Below, one piece after another: positions 48,201-62,447 of a DNA stretch of 64,000 bases (positions are counted from its first letter, which is position 1; each line of letters opens with the position of its first letter). The stretch lies in assembly GCA_964016885.1 (NCBI GenBank), contig OZ024753.1, forward strand, positions 30,876,001-30,940,000, written 5' to 3'. The stretch is from Eledone cirrhosa. Its lineage: Eukaryota. The notes beneath the pieces were generated by a model, which saw only the letters and a list, made by a program, of their open reading frames with translations, was not told where the DNA came from and made no database searches. A program made the position numbers and the translations under genes.

Positions 48201-48385
48201 TGATATATACATATATATATATATATACATAGATATATATATATATACATAGATATATACATATATATATCTCTATATATATATCTCTCTCTATATATAT
48301 ATATATATATATACATAGATATATATATATATATAGAGATATATACATAGATATATAGATATATATATATACATAGATATATACA

Positions 48386-48427
<42 letters not shown>

Positions 48428-48440
48428 CATAGATATATAC

Positions 48441-48500
<60 letters not shown>

Positions 48501-48502
<2 letters not shown>

Positions 48503-49052
48503 GGTGGCTGCCAACTCGTTTTTGAGTACGGCCACTACTTTATATCCATGTAGGAGAACCCCTACCGAAGTGCTGAACGAGTGTGACTTTTTAGTCCAGC
48601 CAGCGACTTGAAAACTCTGGTACAAACACTACACTTGTGACAATTATTGACACATAGTGCTGGGCCCATGGTACCATGTGAGGACAAGTGCAGAGAGATC
48701 TCCAGATATAAAGCAATGCCTGTGCCGTGAAGCTTTTATAGTGAGCAAAGGCACTGCACAAAGCCAGTCCCACTCTCTTAACCAAGATGATATTTACCAA
48801 AAAGATGAACAAGTCAACATCATTGGATACCATCAGGGTTGCAGGTGTTATATCAGAGTTTTCCTTCTCCTAGAATTCTGCCTTGACAAAGGCTAAGGGG
48901 TCATCTCTCCCGGTGATTTTGGATGGCCATTGACTATTAAGAGCTCCTTTGCCCTTTGACAGGTTTTGTTTTTAGTCCTGCAGGATGTCCAAAGTCACCC
49001 TCCTCACCAAGAAACCTTGGTGGGGTTGCCAGATTAGTCGCCAACGACCCGA
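48501..49052 (-). mobile_element. RTE-derived non-autonomous element, slightly 5'-truncated
   Basis: Reverse complement of ~25538-26089. Confidence 0.7.
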
Positions 49053-49078
49053 CTATATGTATATATATATATACATAG

Positions 49079-49173
<95 letters not shown>

Positions 49174-49404
49174 CATAGATATATATATATATATTTATAT
49201 ACATACATAGATATATATATATATATACATAGATATATATATATATATATATACACATATATATATATATAGATACACATATATATATATATAGATACAT
49301 ATATATATATATATACATAGATACATATATATACATAGATATATATATATATATACATAGATACATATATATACATAGATATATATATATATATACATAG
49401 ATAC

Positions 49405-49453
<49 letters not shown>

Positions 49454-49596
49454 TATATATATAGATACACATATATATATATATAGATACATATATATAT
49501 ATATATACATAGATACATATATATACATAGATATATATATATATATACATAGATACATATATATACATAGATATATATATATATATACATAGATAC

Positions 49597-49635
<39 letters not shown>

Positions 49636-49667
49636 CATATATATACATATAATATATATATACACTC

Positions 49668-49752
<85 letters not shown>

Positions 49753-49771
49753 TATACATATATATACACAC

Positions 49772-49890
<119 letters not shown>

Positions 49891-49903
49891 CACATATATA
49901 TAC

Positions 49904-49960
<57 letters not shown>

Positions 49961-50090
49961 TATACATATATATATATATATATACATAGATATATATTTA
50001 TATATATATACACAGATATATATATATATATACACATAGATATATATATATATATACACACAGATATATATATATATATACACACATAGA

Positions 50091-50423
50091 TATGGTGGCT
50101 GCCAACTCGTTTTCGAGTACGGCCACTACTTTATATCCATGTAGGAGAACCCCTACCGATGCGCTGAACGAGTGTGACTTTTTAGTCCAGCCAGCGACTT
50201 GAAAACTCTGGTACAAACACTACACATGTGACAATTATTGATACATAGTGCTGGGCCCATGGTACCATGTGACGACAAGTGCAGAGAGATCTCCAGATAT
50301 AAAGCAATGCCTGTGGTGTGAAGTTTTATAGTGAGCAAAGGCACTGCACAAAGCCAGTCCCACACTCTTAACCAAGATGATATTTACCAAAAAGAAGAAC
50401 AAGTCAACATCATTGGATACCAT
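50091..50423 (-). mobile_element. RTE-derived non-autonomous element, 5'-truncated
   Basis: Reverse complement of ~25757-26089. Confidence 0.7.
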
Positions 50424-50874
50424 TGGATATACATATATACATACATACGTATATACATATACATATACATACATACATATATATATATATACATATACAC
50501 ACATATACACATATATACATATATACACATATACATATATACACACATATACATATATACACATATACATATACACATACATACATACACATACATATAC
50601 ACATACACATATACATATATATACACATATATATACATATATACATATACACATATACATATACATACATACATATACACCCATATACACATATATACAT
50701 ATATACATATACATCCATATATCCACACATATACATACATATACATATATACACACACATATACATACATATATACACACACATATACATATATATATAC
50801 ACACTTATACATCTATATATATACATACACATACACACATACATATATACACACATACATATATACATATATAT

Positions 50875-51485
50875 ATGGTGGCTGCCAACTCGTTTTCGAG
50901 CACGGCCACTACTTTATATCCATGTAGGGGAACCCCTACTGATGCGCTGAACGAGTGTGACTTTTTAGTCCAGCCAGCGACTTGAAAACTCTGGTACAAA
51001 GACTACACTTGTGACAATTATTGACACATAGTGTTGGGCCCATGGTACCATGTGACGACAAGTGCAGAGAGATCTCCAGATATAAAGCAATGCCTGTGCC
51101 GTGAAGCTTTTATAGTGAGCAAAGGCACTGCACAAAGCCAGTCCCACTCTCTTAACCAAGATGATATTTACCAAAAAGAAGAACAAGTCAACATCATTGG
51201 ATACCATCAGGGTTGCAGGTGTTATATCAGAGTTTTCCTTCTCCTAGAATTCTGCCTTGACAAAGGCTAAGGGGTCATCTCTCCCGGTGATTTTGGATGG
51301 CCATTGACTCTTAAGAGCTCCTTTGCCCTTTGACAGGTTTTGCTTTTAGTCCTGCAGGATGTCCAAAGTCACCCTCCTCACCAAGAAACCTTGGTGGGGT
51401 TGCCAGTTTAGTCGCCAACGACCCGACCATGAGACAGGTTGTACTGGGATACATGTTACCAGTAGCACCAACTGGTGACCTGACA
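50875..51485 (-). mobile_element. RTE-derived non-autonomous element, full copy
   Basis: Reverse complement of 25480-26089 with the same 5' end (gtcaggtcaccagttgg). Confidence 0.7.
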
Positions 51486-51698
51486 CATAGATATATATAT
51501 ATACACACATATATATGTATACACACACATATATATATATATACACACAGATATATATATATATACACATAGATATATATATATATATATACACACATAT
51601 ATATATATATACACACACATATATATATATATACACACATACATATATATATACACACATATATATATATACACACATATATATATATATATACACAC

Positions 51699-51731
<33 letters not shown>

Positions 51732-51848
51732 TATATATATATACACACACATATATATATATATATACACATATATATATATATATACACACACATATAT
51801 ATATATATATATATACACATATATATACATATATATATATATATATAC

Positions 51849-51891
<43 letters not shown>

Positions 51892-51916
51892 TATATACAT
51901 ATATATATATATATAC

Positions 51917-51963
<47 letters not shown>

Positions 51964-51990
51964 CACACATATATATATATATATACACAT

Positions 51991-52065
<75 letters not shown>

Positions 52066-52194
52066 TATACATATATATATACATATACATATATATATAT
52101 ATATAAATATATATATATACATAGATATAATATATATACATAGATATATATATATACATAGATATATATATATGTATGTATATATGTGTATATA

Positions 52195-54892
52195 TCATCA
52201 TCATCATCATCATCAACGTTTAACGTCCGTGTTCCACGCTTGCATGGGTTTGGACGGGGGTAGTCCCACTTGAGGCAAGAGTGATTGTCTTGCTCGCATA
52301 GGACTGTCTGGCAGGTTTTCTACAGTTGGATGCCCTTCCTAACACCAACCACATTTACAGTGTGGGTCTGGGAGGTTTTTACCGTGTTGCCTACACGGCC
52401 ACATTACAGCGTGGACTGTGTGTTTTTTTGTCGTGACACCTACACGATCTCATTTGTTTCGGCCTGGATGGCGCGGCACCAACATAACTTTACATAGAAC
52501 GGGGTGGTGTGGATGGGGTGGGGGTGGTGGCGGGACGGGGTGTATTTTGTTAGAGATGCCTACTGGCAAGGCGGGTCTTCTCTGTTACTGAGTACCGCCA
52601 AAGGTCTCGGTCCAGTGACATTGTCTTGGAGAGGTGTAAGTGTGTGAGGTCGGAGTTTATCAGCTCATCCCATGTTTTTCTAGGTCTGCCTATTCCGTGG
52701 CTACCGTCTATCTTTATTGCCCTGCACTTTGTTATACAACTATCGACTTTCATGCGCATCACGTGTCCATACCAACGCAGCCTTCTCTCGAGTAAACAAC
52801 ATCTGATCCCTCTTATCTCTAATTTTTTCCTTAGTTCGTTTATGCTTTGCCGTTCACGTATATTACTGTTACACATCCAGCGGAGCATGCAAGCTTCGTT
52901 CCTCTCTAGTCTGCGTATATCCTCTGCACACAATGCCCAGGTCTCACTACCATGCAACATTGCTGTTCGTATGCAGGCATCGTACAACCTGCCTTTCATT
53001 TTTAGGGAGAACCCTTTAGCAGCTAATAGTGGTATAAGCTCTCTGAACTTTTTCCAACCAGCTCTGACTCTAGCTACAGTACTTTCAGAGCACCCTCCCC
53101 CACTGCTGATTTTATCGCCCAGGTAACGGAAGCTGTCCACTATTTCTATAGAACCCTCTGCGCAATTGAAAGAGCTAGTATTTTGTGGGCACTTGCTGCT
53201 ACTTATTGCACCAGAACACCGGCCACATGTAAAATCTATGTTCTTAGTTAGCTTACCTGTGATCCCACTACATCTTTTATGCACCCATACTTTGCATTTA
53301 GGACATAAAATGGAGTTTCTACCTACGCCTTTCCTACACACCGAGCACGACCATTTCCCAGAAGGGACCGCCGCCTTGTTTTCTTTCCTACAAACTAGAA
53401 CTTTGGTCTTAGCCAGGTTAATTTTAAGTCCTTTTGACTCTAGGCAGTGCTTCCATGTTTGGAATTTCTTCTCTAGCTCGGCCATTGATTCCGCTATGAG
53501 TGTCAGGTCGTCTGCGTATAGGAGTTCCCATGGGCAGCCTGTCTTGAACTCCTCTGTTATAGCCTGAAGGGCAATAATAAATAGTAGGGGGCTGAGAACA
53601 GAGCCCTGATGGACGCCAACTTTTACGCTAAACTCTTCACTATATTCGTTGTTAATTCTAACCTTGCTGACTGTTTCTTTATACATGGCTTGTATAGCCC
53701 TCACAAGCCATTCGTCAACGCCTAGTTTTCTAAGAGCCCACCAGATAATGGAGCGGGGGACTCTGTCGAAGGCTTTCTCCAGGTCGACAAAAGCTAAGTA
53801 GAGGGGTCTACCTTTAGCTAGGTACTTCTCCTGTAGTTGTCGTACTATGAAAAGGGCGTCTGTGGTGCTTTTGCCTGACACAAACCCGAACTGCATTTCA
53901 TCTAGGTCAATTCTCTCTCTGATTAGTTGCGCTATTACTTTTTCTGTAACCTTCATGACCTGGTCGATTAATTTAATGCCTCTATAGTTACTCCTATCTA
54001 GGGCGTCTCCTTTACCCTTATAATAGTTAACGATGATGCTGCTATGCCAGTCCTTCGGAACAACCCCATTCTGTACGACTTGGTTAACTATGCGGGTGAC
54101 CATGGTGTGTCCCACCGTACCAGATGCCTTCAGCATCTCAGCAACTATTTCCGAAGGCCCAGCCGCCTTACCCGTCTTCATATCCTTGATTGCCTTACTT
54201 ATTATACTCCCCTCGACTAACACTGCTGGTCCCTCTATCGGGTCGATATGGGGGAGACTGTCTTTCTCCCATTTATTCTCCTCATTTAGTAGCCTTTCAT
54301 AGTGACACTTCCAAGCTACCTTCTTATCAGTGTCGGTGATGGCAAGTATGCCATCATCGTTAAGTACACACTTCTCCCCGACAATATCACGGTTTTCCTT
54401 GACGCATTGCCTGGCAATCCTGAACACCTCACGTTTTTGGTCATCGCGTTGTAGAACATGCTTGAACTTTCTTTCCTCAGCTTCCCTTCTTGCTAAGTAC
54501 ACTTCTCTCCTAGCTTCCCTCCTGGCCACTTGATAGTCTACTCTACTTACCCCATCCCGCCATACTTTCCAAGCCTGCTTTTTGGCCTTAATTGACCCCT
54601 CCACCCTACTGTTCCACCACCAAGTTACTCTCCTCCTGCCTACAGGCCTGCTCCAGCCACAGACTTCGTCTGTCGCCAACAGCAGGTTTGCTTTCAGAAA
54701 TTCCCACTGTCCCTCTATATTGTCCGATTCTAGATGCTCTTCCTTACTGTCGAAAGCATCAAGTAATATGCTTTGAAATTTATTTCTGGCTGTGGGGTCC
54801 TTTAGTTTCCATATTTTCCTCCTGAGGATAGTCCTCTTCTGCTGTCGAGTACGTCTCGTCCTGACTATGAGGTCGCTAATTATCAGTCTATG
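52195..54892 (-). mobile_element. 5'-truncated RTE-clade LINE with (GAT)n tail
   Basis: RT ORF followed by a 3'UTR ending ggacgttaaacgtt(gat)n. Confidence 0.9.
52550..54679 (-). CDS. RTE reverse transcriptase with an inserted PHD-like Cys/His finger
   Basis: WWWN, KGKGD..NYRGIKL, QFGF, FVDLEKAFDRVPR, GVHQGSVLSP, LYADD, CSVC..C..C..WVHKRC..CGRC, FRYLG, RLRWYGHV, GRPRKTW. The frame stays open upstream to ~54890. Confidence 0.93.
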   Translation of the reverse strand: MATDEVCGWSRPVGRRRVTWWWNSRVEGSIKAKKQAWKVWRDGVSRVDYQVARREARREVYLARREAEERKFKHVLQRDDQKREVFRIARQCVKENRDIVGEKCVLNDDGILAITDTDKKVAWKCHYERLLNEENKWEKDSLPHIDPIEGPAVLVEGSIISKAIKDMKTGKAAGPSEIVAEMLKASGTVGHTMVTRIVNQVVQNGVVPKDWHSSIIVNYYKGKGDALDRSNYRGIKLIDQVMKVTEKVIAQLIRERIDLDEMQFGFVSGKSTTDALFIVRQLQEKYLAKGRPLYLAFVDLEKAFDRVPRSIIWWALRKLGVDEWLVRAIQAMYKETVSKVRINNEYSEEFSVKVGVHQGSVLSPLLFIIALQAITEEFKTGCPWELLYADDLTLIAESMAELEKKFQTWKHCLESKGLKINLAKTKVLVCRKENKAAVPSGKWSCSVCRKGVGRNSILCPKCKVWVHKRCSGITGKLTKNIDFTCGRCSGAISSSKCPQNTSSFNCAEGSIEIVDSFRYLGDKISSGGGCSESTVARVRAGWKKFRELIPLLAAKGFSLKMKGRLYDACIRTAMLHGSETWALCAEDIRRLERNEACMLRWMCNSNIRERQSINELRKKLEIRGIRCCLLERRLRWYGHVMRMKVDSCITKCRAIKIDGSHGIGRPRKTWDELINSDLTHLHLSKTMSLDRDLWRYSVTEKTRLASRHL

Positions 54893-55451
54893 TATATATA
54901 TATAAATATATTTATATGTGTGTGTGTGTATATGTGTGTATATGTGTATGTGTATGTGTGTTTATGGGTGCGCGCGAGTGTGTGAGTGAGTGTGTTTTGT
55001 GAATGTGTCTGTTGATTTTTGACATATAGTTGAATAGTTTAAGAAAAATTTGAAGATAATTGTAAGATATGCACTCAATATTTTGAATTTGTCTACAGAA
55101 TTCTCTAAACCTTTGTCACTTAGTAGAACCTTAATGAATTTAGCTTTTAAAGAATCTCCCTTTCCTTTAAATCTATCTACCATGACTGACCCCCCACTGA
55201 TCTTATAGACACCTGTTAGCTTAAGAGAAACTTAATAATAAGGAGTGGCATGCCATCCTGAACCTGTTTATAGAATGCTGTCTGCCTTTGTTACTAAAAA
55301 CAAAAATAAATAAAAATAAACTATAGCTTTGTAGAATTAGCTTTTAATGAATTCCCTTTTCTATCAACCAATGACCTACACCCATCCCACTCCCCACCCT
55401 CTCCTACCACTTGTAGAGACCTATAAATACCATACTTAATTTTTGATACCC

Positions 55452-55502
55452 AGATTCCTGATGATTTCTAAAGAATGAAACAGTTCTAGTCCTGTAGAAT
55501 CT
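55452..55502 (+). ncRNA. Type I hammerhead ribozyme (family H)
   Basis: AGAUUC-CUGAUGA-UUUCU(AA)AGAAU-GAAACAG(UUCUAGUC)CUGUA-GAAUCU; covaries with the 56319-56371 copy. Confidence 0.8.
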
Positions 55503-55613
55503 CATCTATATTAAAACTGTTATACTCTGCATATATTGAGTATACTCTGCAATGTATTGAGTACCTTACTTACTGTGGTTACCTCCGATTCAACCCGGAA
55601 TAAAGTACTATAC

Positions 55614-55644
<31 letters not shown>

Positions 55645-55659
55645 CATATATATATATAC

Positions 55660-55702
<43 letters not shown>

Positions 55703-55704
<2 letters not shown>

Positions 55705-55878
55705 GAAGGAAATGTGGTAAGGCAACAGGTGGACCATAACGCACCAAAGTACTCAATACTTAGGGTAGTAGAGTGGGTAATAGGAACCAGTAAGACCCCG
55801 ACGGCTGAGCTCGAGCCGTTTCGATGGAATTAGCCGTCGAAATGGCTTGAGCTCAGCCGTCGGGGTCTTACTGGTTCC

Positions 55879-55880
<2 letters not shown>
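55703..55880 (-). mobile_element. Family J pLTR fragment with fold-back palindrome (55781-55880)
   Basis: taggaaccagtaagaccccgacggc...gccgtcggggtcttactggttccta. Confidence 0.7.
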
Positions 55881-55932
<52 letters not shown>

Positions 55933-55938
55933 TATATA

Positions 55939-55986
<48 letters not shown>

Positions 55987-56024
55987 TATATATCTATATC
56001 TATATATATATATATATATATACA

Positions 56025-56068
<44 letters not shown>

Positions 56069-56075
56069 GATATAG

Positions 56076-56128
<53 letters not shown>

Positions 56129-56175
56129 TAGATATATATGTATATATATATATATATATATATACATAGATATAC

Positions 56176-56215
<40 letters not shown>

Positions 56216-56272
56216 ATAGATATATATATATATATACATAGATATATATATATATAGATATATACATATATC

Positions 56273-56312
<40 letters not shown>

Positions 56313-56314
<2 letters not shown>

Positions 56315-56494
56315 GAAGGAGCTTCTACAGGACTAGTACTGTTTCATTCAGATGAAATCTTCAGGAAGCTCATATCTGAATGAAACAGTACTAGTCCTGT
56401 AGAAGCTCCTTCTATAAAATAAAAAATGTTTACTCTGCCATGTATTGAGTACCTTATTTACTGTGGTTATCTCCGACTCAACCCGGGACCTACG
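56313..56494. mobile_element. Family H pLTR fragment with 5' inversion; complete HHR on the minus strand at 56319-56371
   Basis: GAGCUUC-CUGAAGA-UUUCA(UC)UGAAU-GAAACAG(UACUAGUC)CUGUA-GAAGCUC. The plus-strand half copy follows. The 3' part matches 55520-55600 and 63125-63190. Confidence 0.75.
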
Positions 56495-56498
56495 TATA

Positions 56499-56558
<60 letters not shown>

Positions 56559-56617
56559 GATATATATATATATACATAGATATATATATACATAGATATA
56601 TATATATATATACATAG

Positions 56618-56800
<183 letters not shown>

Positions 56801-56801
56801 G

Positions 56802-56846
<45 letters not shown>

Positions 56847-56887
56847 GATATATATAGATATATATATATATACATAGATATAGATAT

Positions 56888-56944
<57 letters not shown>

Positions 56945-56956
56945 CATATACATAGA

Positions 56957-56998
<42 letters not shown>

Positions 56999-57009
56999 CA
57001 TATACATAG

Positions 57010-57062
<53 letters not shown>

Positions 57063-57145
57063 CATAGATATATATATATATACATATACATAGATATATA
57101 TATATATACATATACATAGATATATATATATATACATATACATAG

Positions 57146-57230
<85 letters not shown>

Positions 57231-57241
57231 CATATACATAG

Positions 57242-57304
<63 letters not shown>

Positions 57305-57315
57305 CATATACATAG

Positions 57316-57485
<170 letters not shown>

Positions 57486-57520
57486 ATATACATATATATA
57501 TATATATTTATATACATAGA

Positions 57521-57579
<59 letters not shown>

Positions 57580-57607
57580 ATTTATATACATAGATATATA
57601 TATATAA

Positions 57608-57687
<80 letters not shown>

Positions 57688-57792
57688 CTATGTATATATA
57701 TATATCTATGTATATATATATATCTATGTATATATATATATCTATGTATATATATATATATATCTATGTATATATATATATATATATATCTA

Positions 57793-57839
<47 letters not shown>

Positions 57840-57860
57840 ATAGATATATATATATATATA

Positions 57861-57942
57861 TTGTTATACTTTGGGAGGGTCATGTTGCCAATAAGAAACA
57901 CACGCACCAGATAAAGAATCTTGCCAAACAAATTCAGAAACG
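57861..57942. mobile_element. Mini family E Penelope insertion: inverted pLTR end joined to ORF-start tail
   Basis: 57861-57910 is the reverse complement of 16711-16760. 57908-57942 matches 16783-16817, with cag microhomology at the junction. Confidence 0.7.
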
Positions 57943-58093
57943 ATATATATATATATATATATGAAAAGTTATATTTAAATTGTTGGGTTAACAACGAGTA
58001 AATATTTATAACTGATATAAAAGCACTCAACAAGTATTTGGAGTATATTTATGATATTAAATAAATGGAAACTATATTTATAAAACCATATTT

Positions 58094-58157
58094 ATTTCGT
58101 TATATATATTTCAGGGATATCATATTAACAATATGTTATGCCATCTTCAGACAAAAT
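58094..58157 (-). ncRNA. Type I hammerhead ribozyme in the 3' pLTR
   Basis: AUUUUGU-CUGAAGA-UGGCAUAACAUAUU(GUU)AAUAUGAUAUCCCU-GAAAU(AUAU)AUA-ACGAAAU. Confidence 0.78.
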
Positions 58158-59450
58158 ACAATATAAACAGTCTTATAAATAAATAAATAGATACGACATA
58201 CCTTTCAATCACCTTGCATTTGGGAGGTTGATTTGGTAGTAAAAAATATTGTGGATAGTTGTAAAAAGAAAGAGATAAAGAGAGAAAGAAAGAGAAACGA
58301 AGAAAAAAAAAAAAAAAAAAAAAAAAAGAAGAAATGCATGTGACTAAATAGAGGGATATAGAAAGATAGATAAAGAGAAGAACTTCATGTAAAGAAACAG
58401 AGAGAAATATATATAGAGAGAGGAAAAAAGAAAGAGATAGATAGAGAAATTTGGAAGTTGAGTATCGGTTGATACATTTATTTATTTATTTATTTATTTA
58501 TTTAGCTCTAGTATTAACGTAAAGAGAGATGTATGTAGTTAAGAGAGAAAATAGCCGTTATATAGAGAGAAAAAAGAGAAAACGAAAAAGAGAAAATGAA
58601 ACATAACCAGACATAAACGATGCAGAATTTAAAACCGCTATGTTTTATCCGTAGAAAATATTAGTTCGTATAAAACAGGCATTATAATGTAAGTACCAGT
58701 ATTCATGAATGAGACATGTATCTATAATGTGTGAAAAGTAATGATCTTATGTCTAGTTTTAAAAAATTCATATGTTTATATCATAATTATAAACAAACTC
58801 CCAATTCACACGAAAACATTCTCATTGTGCTATAAAAATTCAAGTATACATATATGTGTGTATGTATACACATATACATATAGAGTCTATATTAATTTTA
58901 ACAATACTATTCTTGTCTTTACTCTACCTGATTGTCGATCAAGCAGAAATAGAGAACAGATTTCAATATATTAATAAAAATAAAAATAAAAATAAAAATA
59001 AAAATATCAGAGACAAGAAAATAAATAAATAAATAAACAGAAAAATAAAACATTTAATATTAAAAATAAAAAATATAAAATATTAAAAAATAATACAAAT
59101 AAAACACAGAGATCAGCCTTTCAAAGTTAATTGACAATATATTGCCAAGATCATCATAAGCATCAGAGTCGAAACAGATAAAAACAAAAATTGTTTACCA
59201 AATCCTGTCTAGCAGAAATCATTCCAAAAGTTTAGGATACCCATTTGGTCTACATATGTTCTTATATATAATATAGAAGTTTATCTAGTTTAAAATTTAA
59301 TTCGATATATTTGGAGCATCAGCTTTTAGGGTAGTTTAATTATTCATGAAGAATGTTTTAATAAAAAGAATGTTTTAATAAAAAGAAGAAATCGAAAGAT
59401 TTATCGGCTAGTTTCATAAATAATTACAAATCAAATCAAAACAAACATAA

Positions 59451-61663
59451 TTACATTTTAAATTTAAATTTATATTTAAACGTTGAGTTCAATCTATGTC
59501 TGCAGCAACTGAATAAATTTGTCCGTAGATTAAGGGAATTTTTAGATTTTAGTATAAAGAATATCTCCTCCGCACAGAGGTCACATGTCTCAGAGGATGA
59601 ATTAAAAGGAATCCCCCTTGAAACTATATTCCAAGTCGTCGAATATCTAACGTTATCATGCCTAAGTTGCCAGAGTACGCCTGGTAGTGCTGTTGAGGAT
59701 TTTTTGGATGGATCTGTGAAAGAATTCTTGTGGTTGTTATAGCGAAGTTTAAATTCCGTCGATGTAGAACCAACGTAGTTAAAAGAATTAACGTCCGTTT
59801 TAACATTACAGTTGTATATTATATTTTTAACTAAGCAGTTGTTATTTAACGGACATTTAGATCTATCTCTACAGTTACATTTGTTAACTTGGATATTATC
59901 TATGCTATTATCGCTAGGTTTTAAGTTCCTGTTATTTATTCTATTAATATTTTGCGCTAAATTTTTGGTGGATGAGTAGGTTAGTTTTATAGTATGTCTA
60001 TTGAAAATTGAATGATACCTATGTGTTCTAGGGAAGCGATTATCGAGAGCTTTAAAAAATAGTTTAGCAATGTGGGTTTTAATGTTTAGTGAGAAAGGGG
60101 GGGCAAACCATATTATATTCCTAGTTCTATTTCTTTTATGGCTTTTGGAATTATTGTAATGCTTTCTATTATAGTTGTTAAGGTTGTGGCCATAATTAAA
60201 ATAGTTGTTATTTTGTTTAATTTGTTTATCATTATCTATGTACATAATTTTATCACTATATCCTGCTCTAGCTAACGCTTCATTGTAATAATGGGCTTTT
60301 TCGTCGAAAATCTTTTTATTAGATGAGATTCTAGAGATACGTGATTGAACAGAGTTTACTATAGTATTTTTAACAGATTTGGGGTGGTTAGAGTTAAAGC
60401 TGACATAGTTTAAGTTTTCATTCAACTTGTGAAATGGATAGTGAAGACATGTGTTGAGATTTAATGTTATATCTAGGAAGTTGACTATTCTATGGCTATT
60501 CTCAATTTCTATTTTTAGATTAAAGTGATTAAAAAATTGTGTAATTTGTTTTCTTTTTCTATTTAGTTCAGAGTTATTATTATCAATAAGTAAAAGCATG
60601 TCATCTCTATATAAACCTCCAGTAGTACCAGGTATTTTCCTATGCAGCGAATTGATTAAAAATAAGCCCACAAGGTCAGTTACCTGAGCTGAGTCGGATG
60701 ATCCCATAGTAATGTCAAAATTGTTATCTCTATCTGCTCGGGTCCATAGTTGGTCATTAAATTCTATCAATGTTTTCCTAGCCGATAATATAATGTGCAT
60801 TTCATTGCTAGTTAGGTCTGTATGTTTGAATGCGTAATTTAGTGCCTTATTTAGTAGATTAGGGGTAATGGAAGAATAATAGTTAGCAATATCAAGTTGA
60901 ATAAACTTATTATTATTGTTATATTTAATTTGCTTAAACCACTCAACAACCTCACCAGTTCCCTTCCACAAGCTCAGGTTAGGTAAACAACTCAAGTTTT
61001 TAATTTGCTGTATCACCCTGTCAAGAATGTTTTTGCTTAGTTTACCCAGGTCCGATTTTGAGGTGCAATCAATCTGACTGGCAAGTCATTCTCGAAATTT
61101 CTCTTATGATCTTTCATATTGATCTTCGGTTTCCTGGGCACGAAAGGTTGTGTTCTGTTCTCGATTTCTAACTCGTGCATTATACAAGATGCCTCAACAT
61201 TCATTTTCTCTAGCTCGGCCTTATCTGCTACCTTGTACTTTTTCCTCAGTTCTTTTAGTATGAGGCCATTATACATGTCTTTCTGCACTCCATAGAGGTT
61301 GTTGGTCTTGTCAGATTTTACCAAGATCTTCTCAGTTTCCTCCAAGTTCTCAATATTATCCCTAATGCCTTTCAGATATTCCTGGCCTTTGAAGTTTCTC
61401 TTAAATTTGACTCCTTGTATGATAGAAATTATATCGTTTTCAAAGTCATATAAAAGTTTGTTGGGGGGTGGATTTCTTTTGGATTTGAAAACTTTGTTTA
61501 AGTCCGAGACATTTTCATTTATATTAGATTTATCAAAGTGGAATGCTCGCCACCTGATTCTCCTTATAAAAGAGTCAGATTTATCTATTAATTATTTTAT
61601 AAAGTCTTTGTTTCTAGGTAGAGGTATGTCTTTTAAAGAGGAAGTAATCTTAAAGAATTCCAT
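59451..61663 (-). pseudogene. Penelope-like RT + GIY-YIG ORF with one premature stop and one frameshift
   Basis: ATG at 61663: MEFFKITSSLKDIPLP...IK*LIDK..FIRRIRWRAFHF...VKSDKTNN...RLIAP. A 1-nt loss in the A-run near 61058 leads into ...QLDI..YYSSI...MGS...GLYRDD...NFLD...CNCR..CPL..CL..IIY...YVGST...CDLC.EE...CRH. Confidence 0.9.
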
Positions 61664-62015
61664 TTTTTTCCGTTATAATATAAAGCAGTATAATATCCAA
61701 CAGTATTGGAGCAAGATACATGGAAAGTTATATTTAAATTGTTGGGTTAACAACGAGTAAATATTTATAACTGATATAAAAGCACTCAACAAGTATTTGG
61801 AGTATATTTATGATATTAAATAAATGGAAACTATATTTATAAAACCATATTTATTTCGTTATATATATTTCAGGGATATCATATTAACAATATGTTATCT
61901 CTTTCTTTTTACAACTATCCACAATATTTTTTACTACCAAATCAACCTCCCAAATGCAAGGTGATTGAAAGGTATGTCGTATCTATTTATTTATTTATAA
62001 GACTGTTTATATTGT

Positions 62016-62079
62016 ATTTTGTCTGAAGATGGCATAACATATTGTTAATATGATATCCCTGAAATATATATGACGAAAT
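62016..62079 (+). ncRNA. Hammerhead in the inverted pLTR, cleavage triplet mutated to AUG (predicted inactive)
   Basis: Same as 58094-58157 except N17 = G. Confidence 0.65.
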
Positions 62080-62120
62080 AAATATGGTTTTATAAATATA
62101 GTTTCCATTTATTTAATATC

Positions 62121-62151
<31 letters not shown>

Positions 62152-62153
62152 AA

Positions 62154-62223
<70 letters not shown>

Positions 62224-62407
62224 TATATACATATATATATATACATATATATATATACATATATATATATACATATATATATATATACATATATATATAT
62301 ACATATATATATATATACATATACATATATATATATACATATATGTATATATACATATATATATATATACATATACATATATATATATACATAGATATAT
62401 ACATAGA

Positions 62408-62444
<37 letters not shown>

Positions 62445-62447
<3 letters not shown>

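Larger units (their letters stand above)
57965..62122 (-). mobile_element. Near full-length Penelope-like element (possibly Naiad clade) with direct and inverted pseudo-LTRs
   Basis: 3' pLTR 57965-58278, partial 5' direct pLTR 61724-61899, inverted pLTR segment ~61895-62122, single RT+GIY-YIG ORF, (TA)n on both sides. Confidence 0.9.

Noticed and set aside
59100-59450. Possible SECIS element in the Penelope 3'UTR (some Naiads encode selenoproteins)
   Set aside because: The ORF has no in-frame TGA in the Cys motifs and the AUGA...UGA candidates lack a convincing stem.
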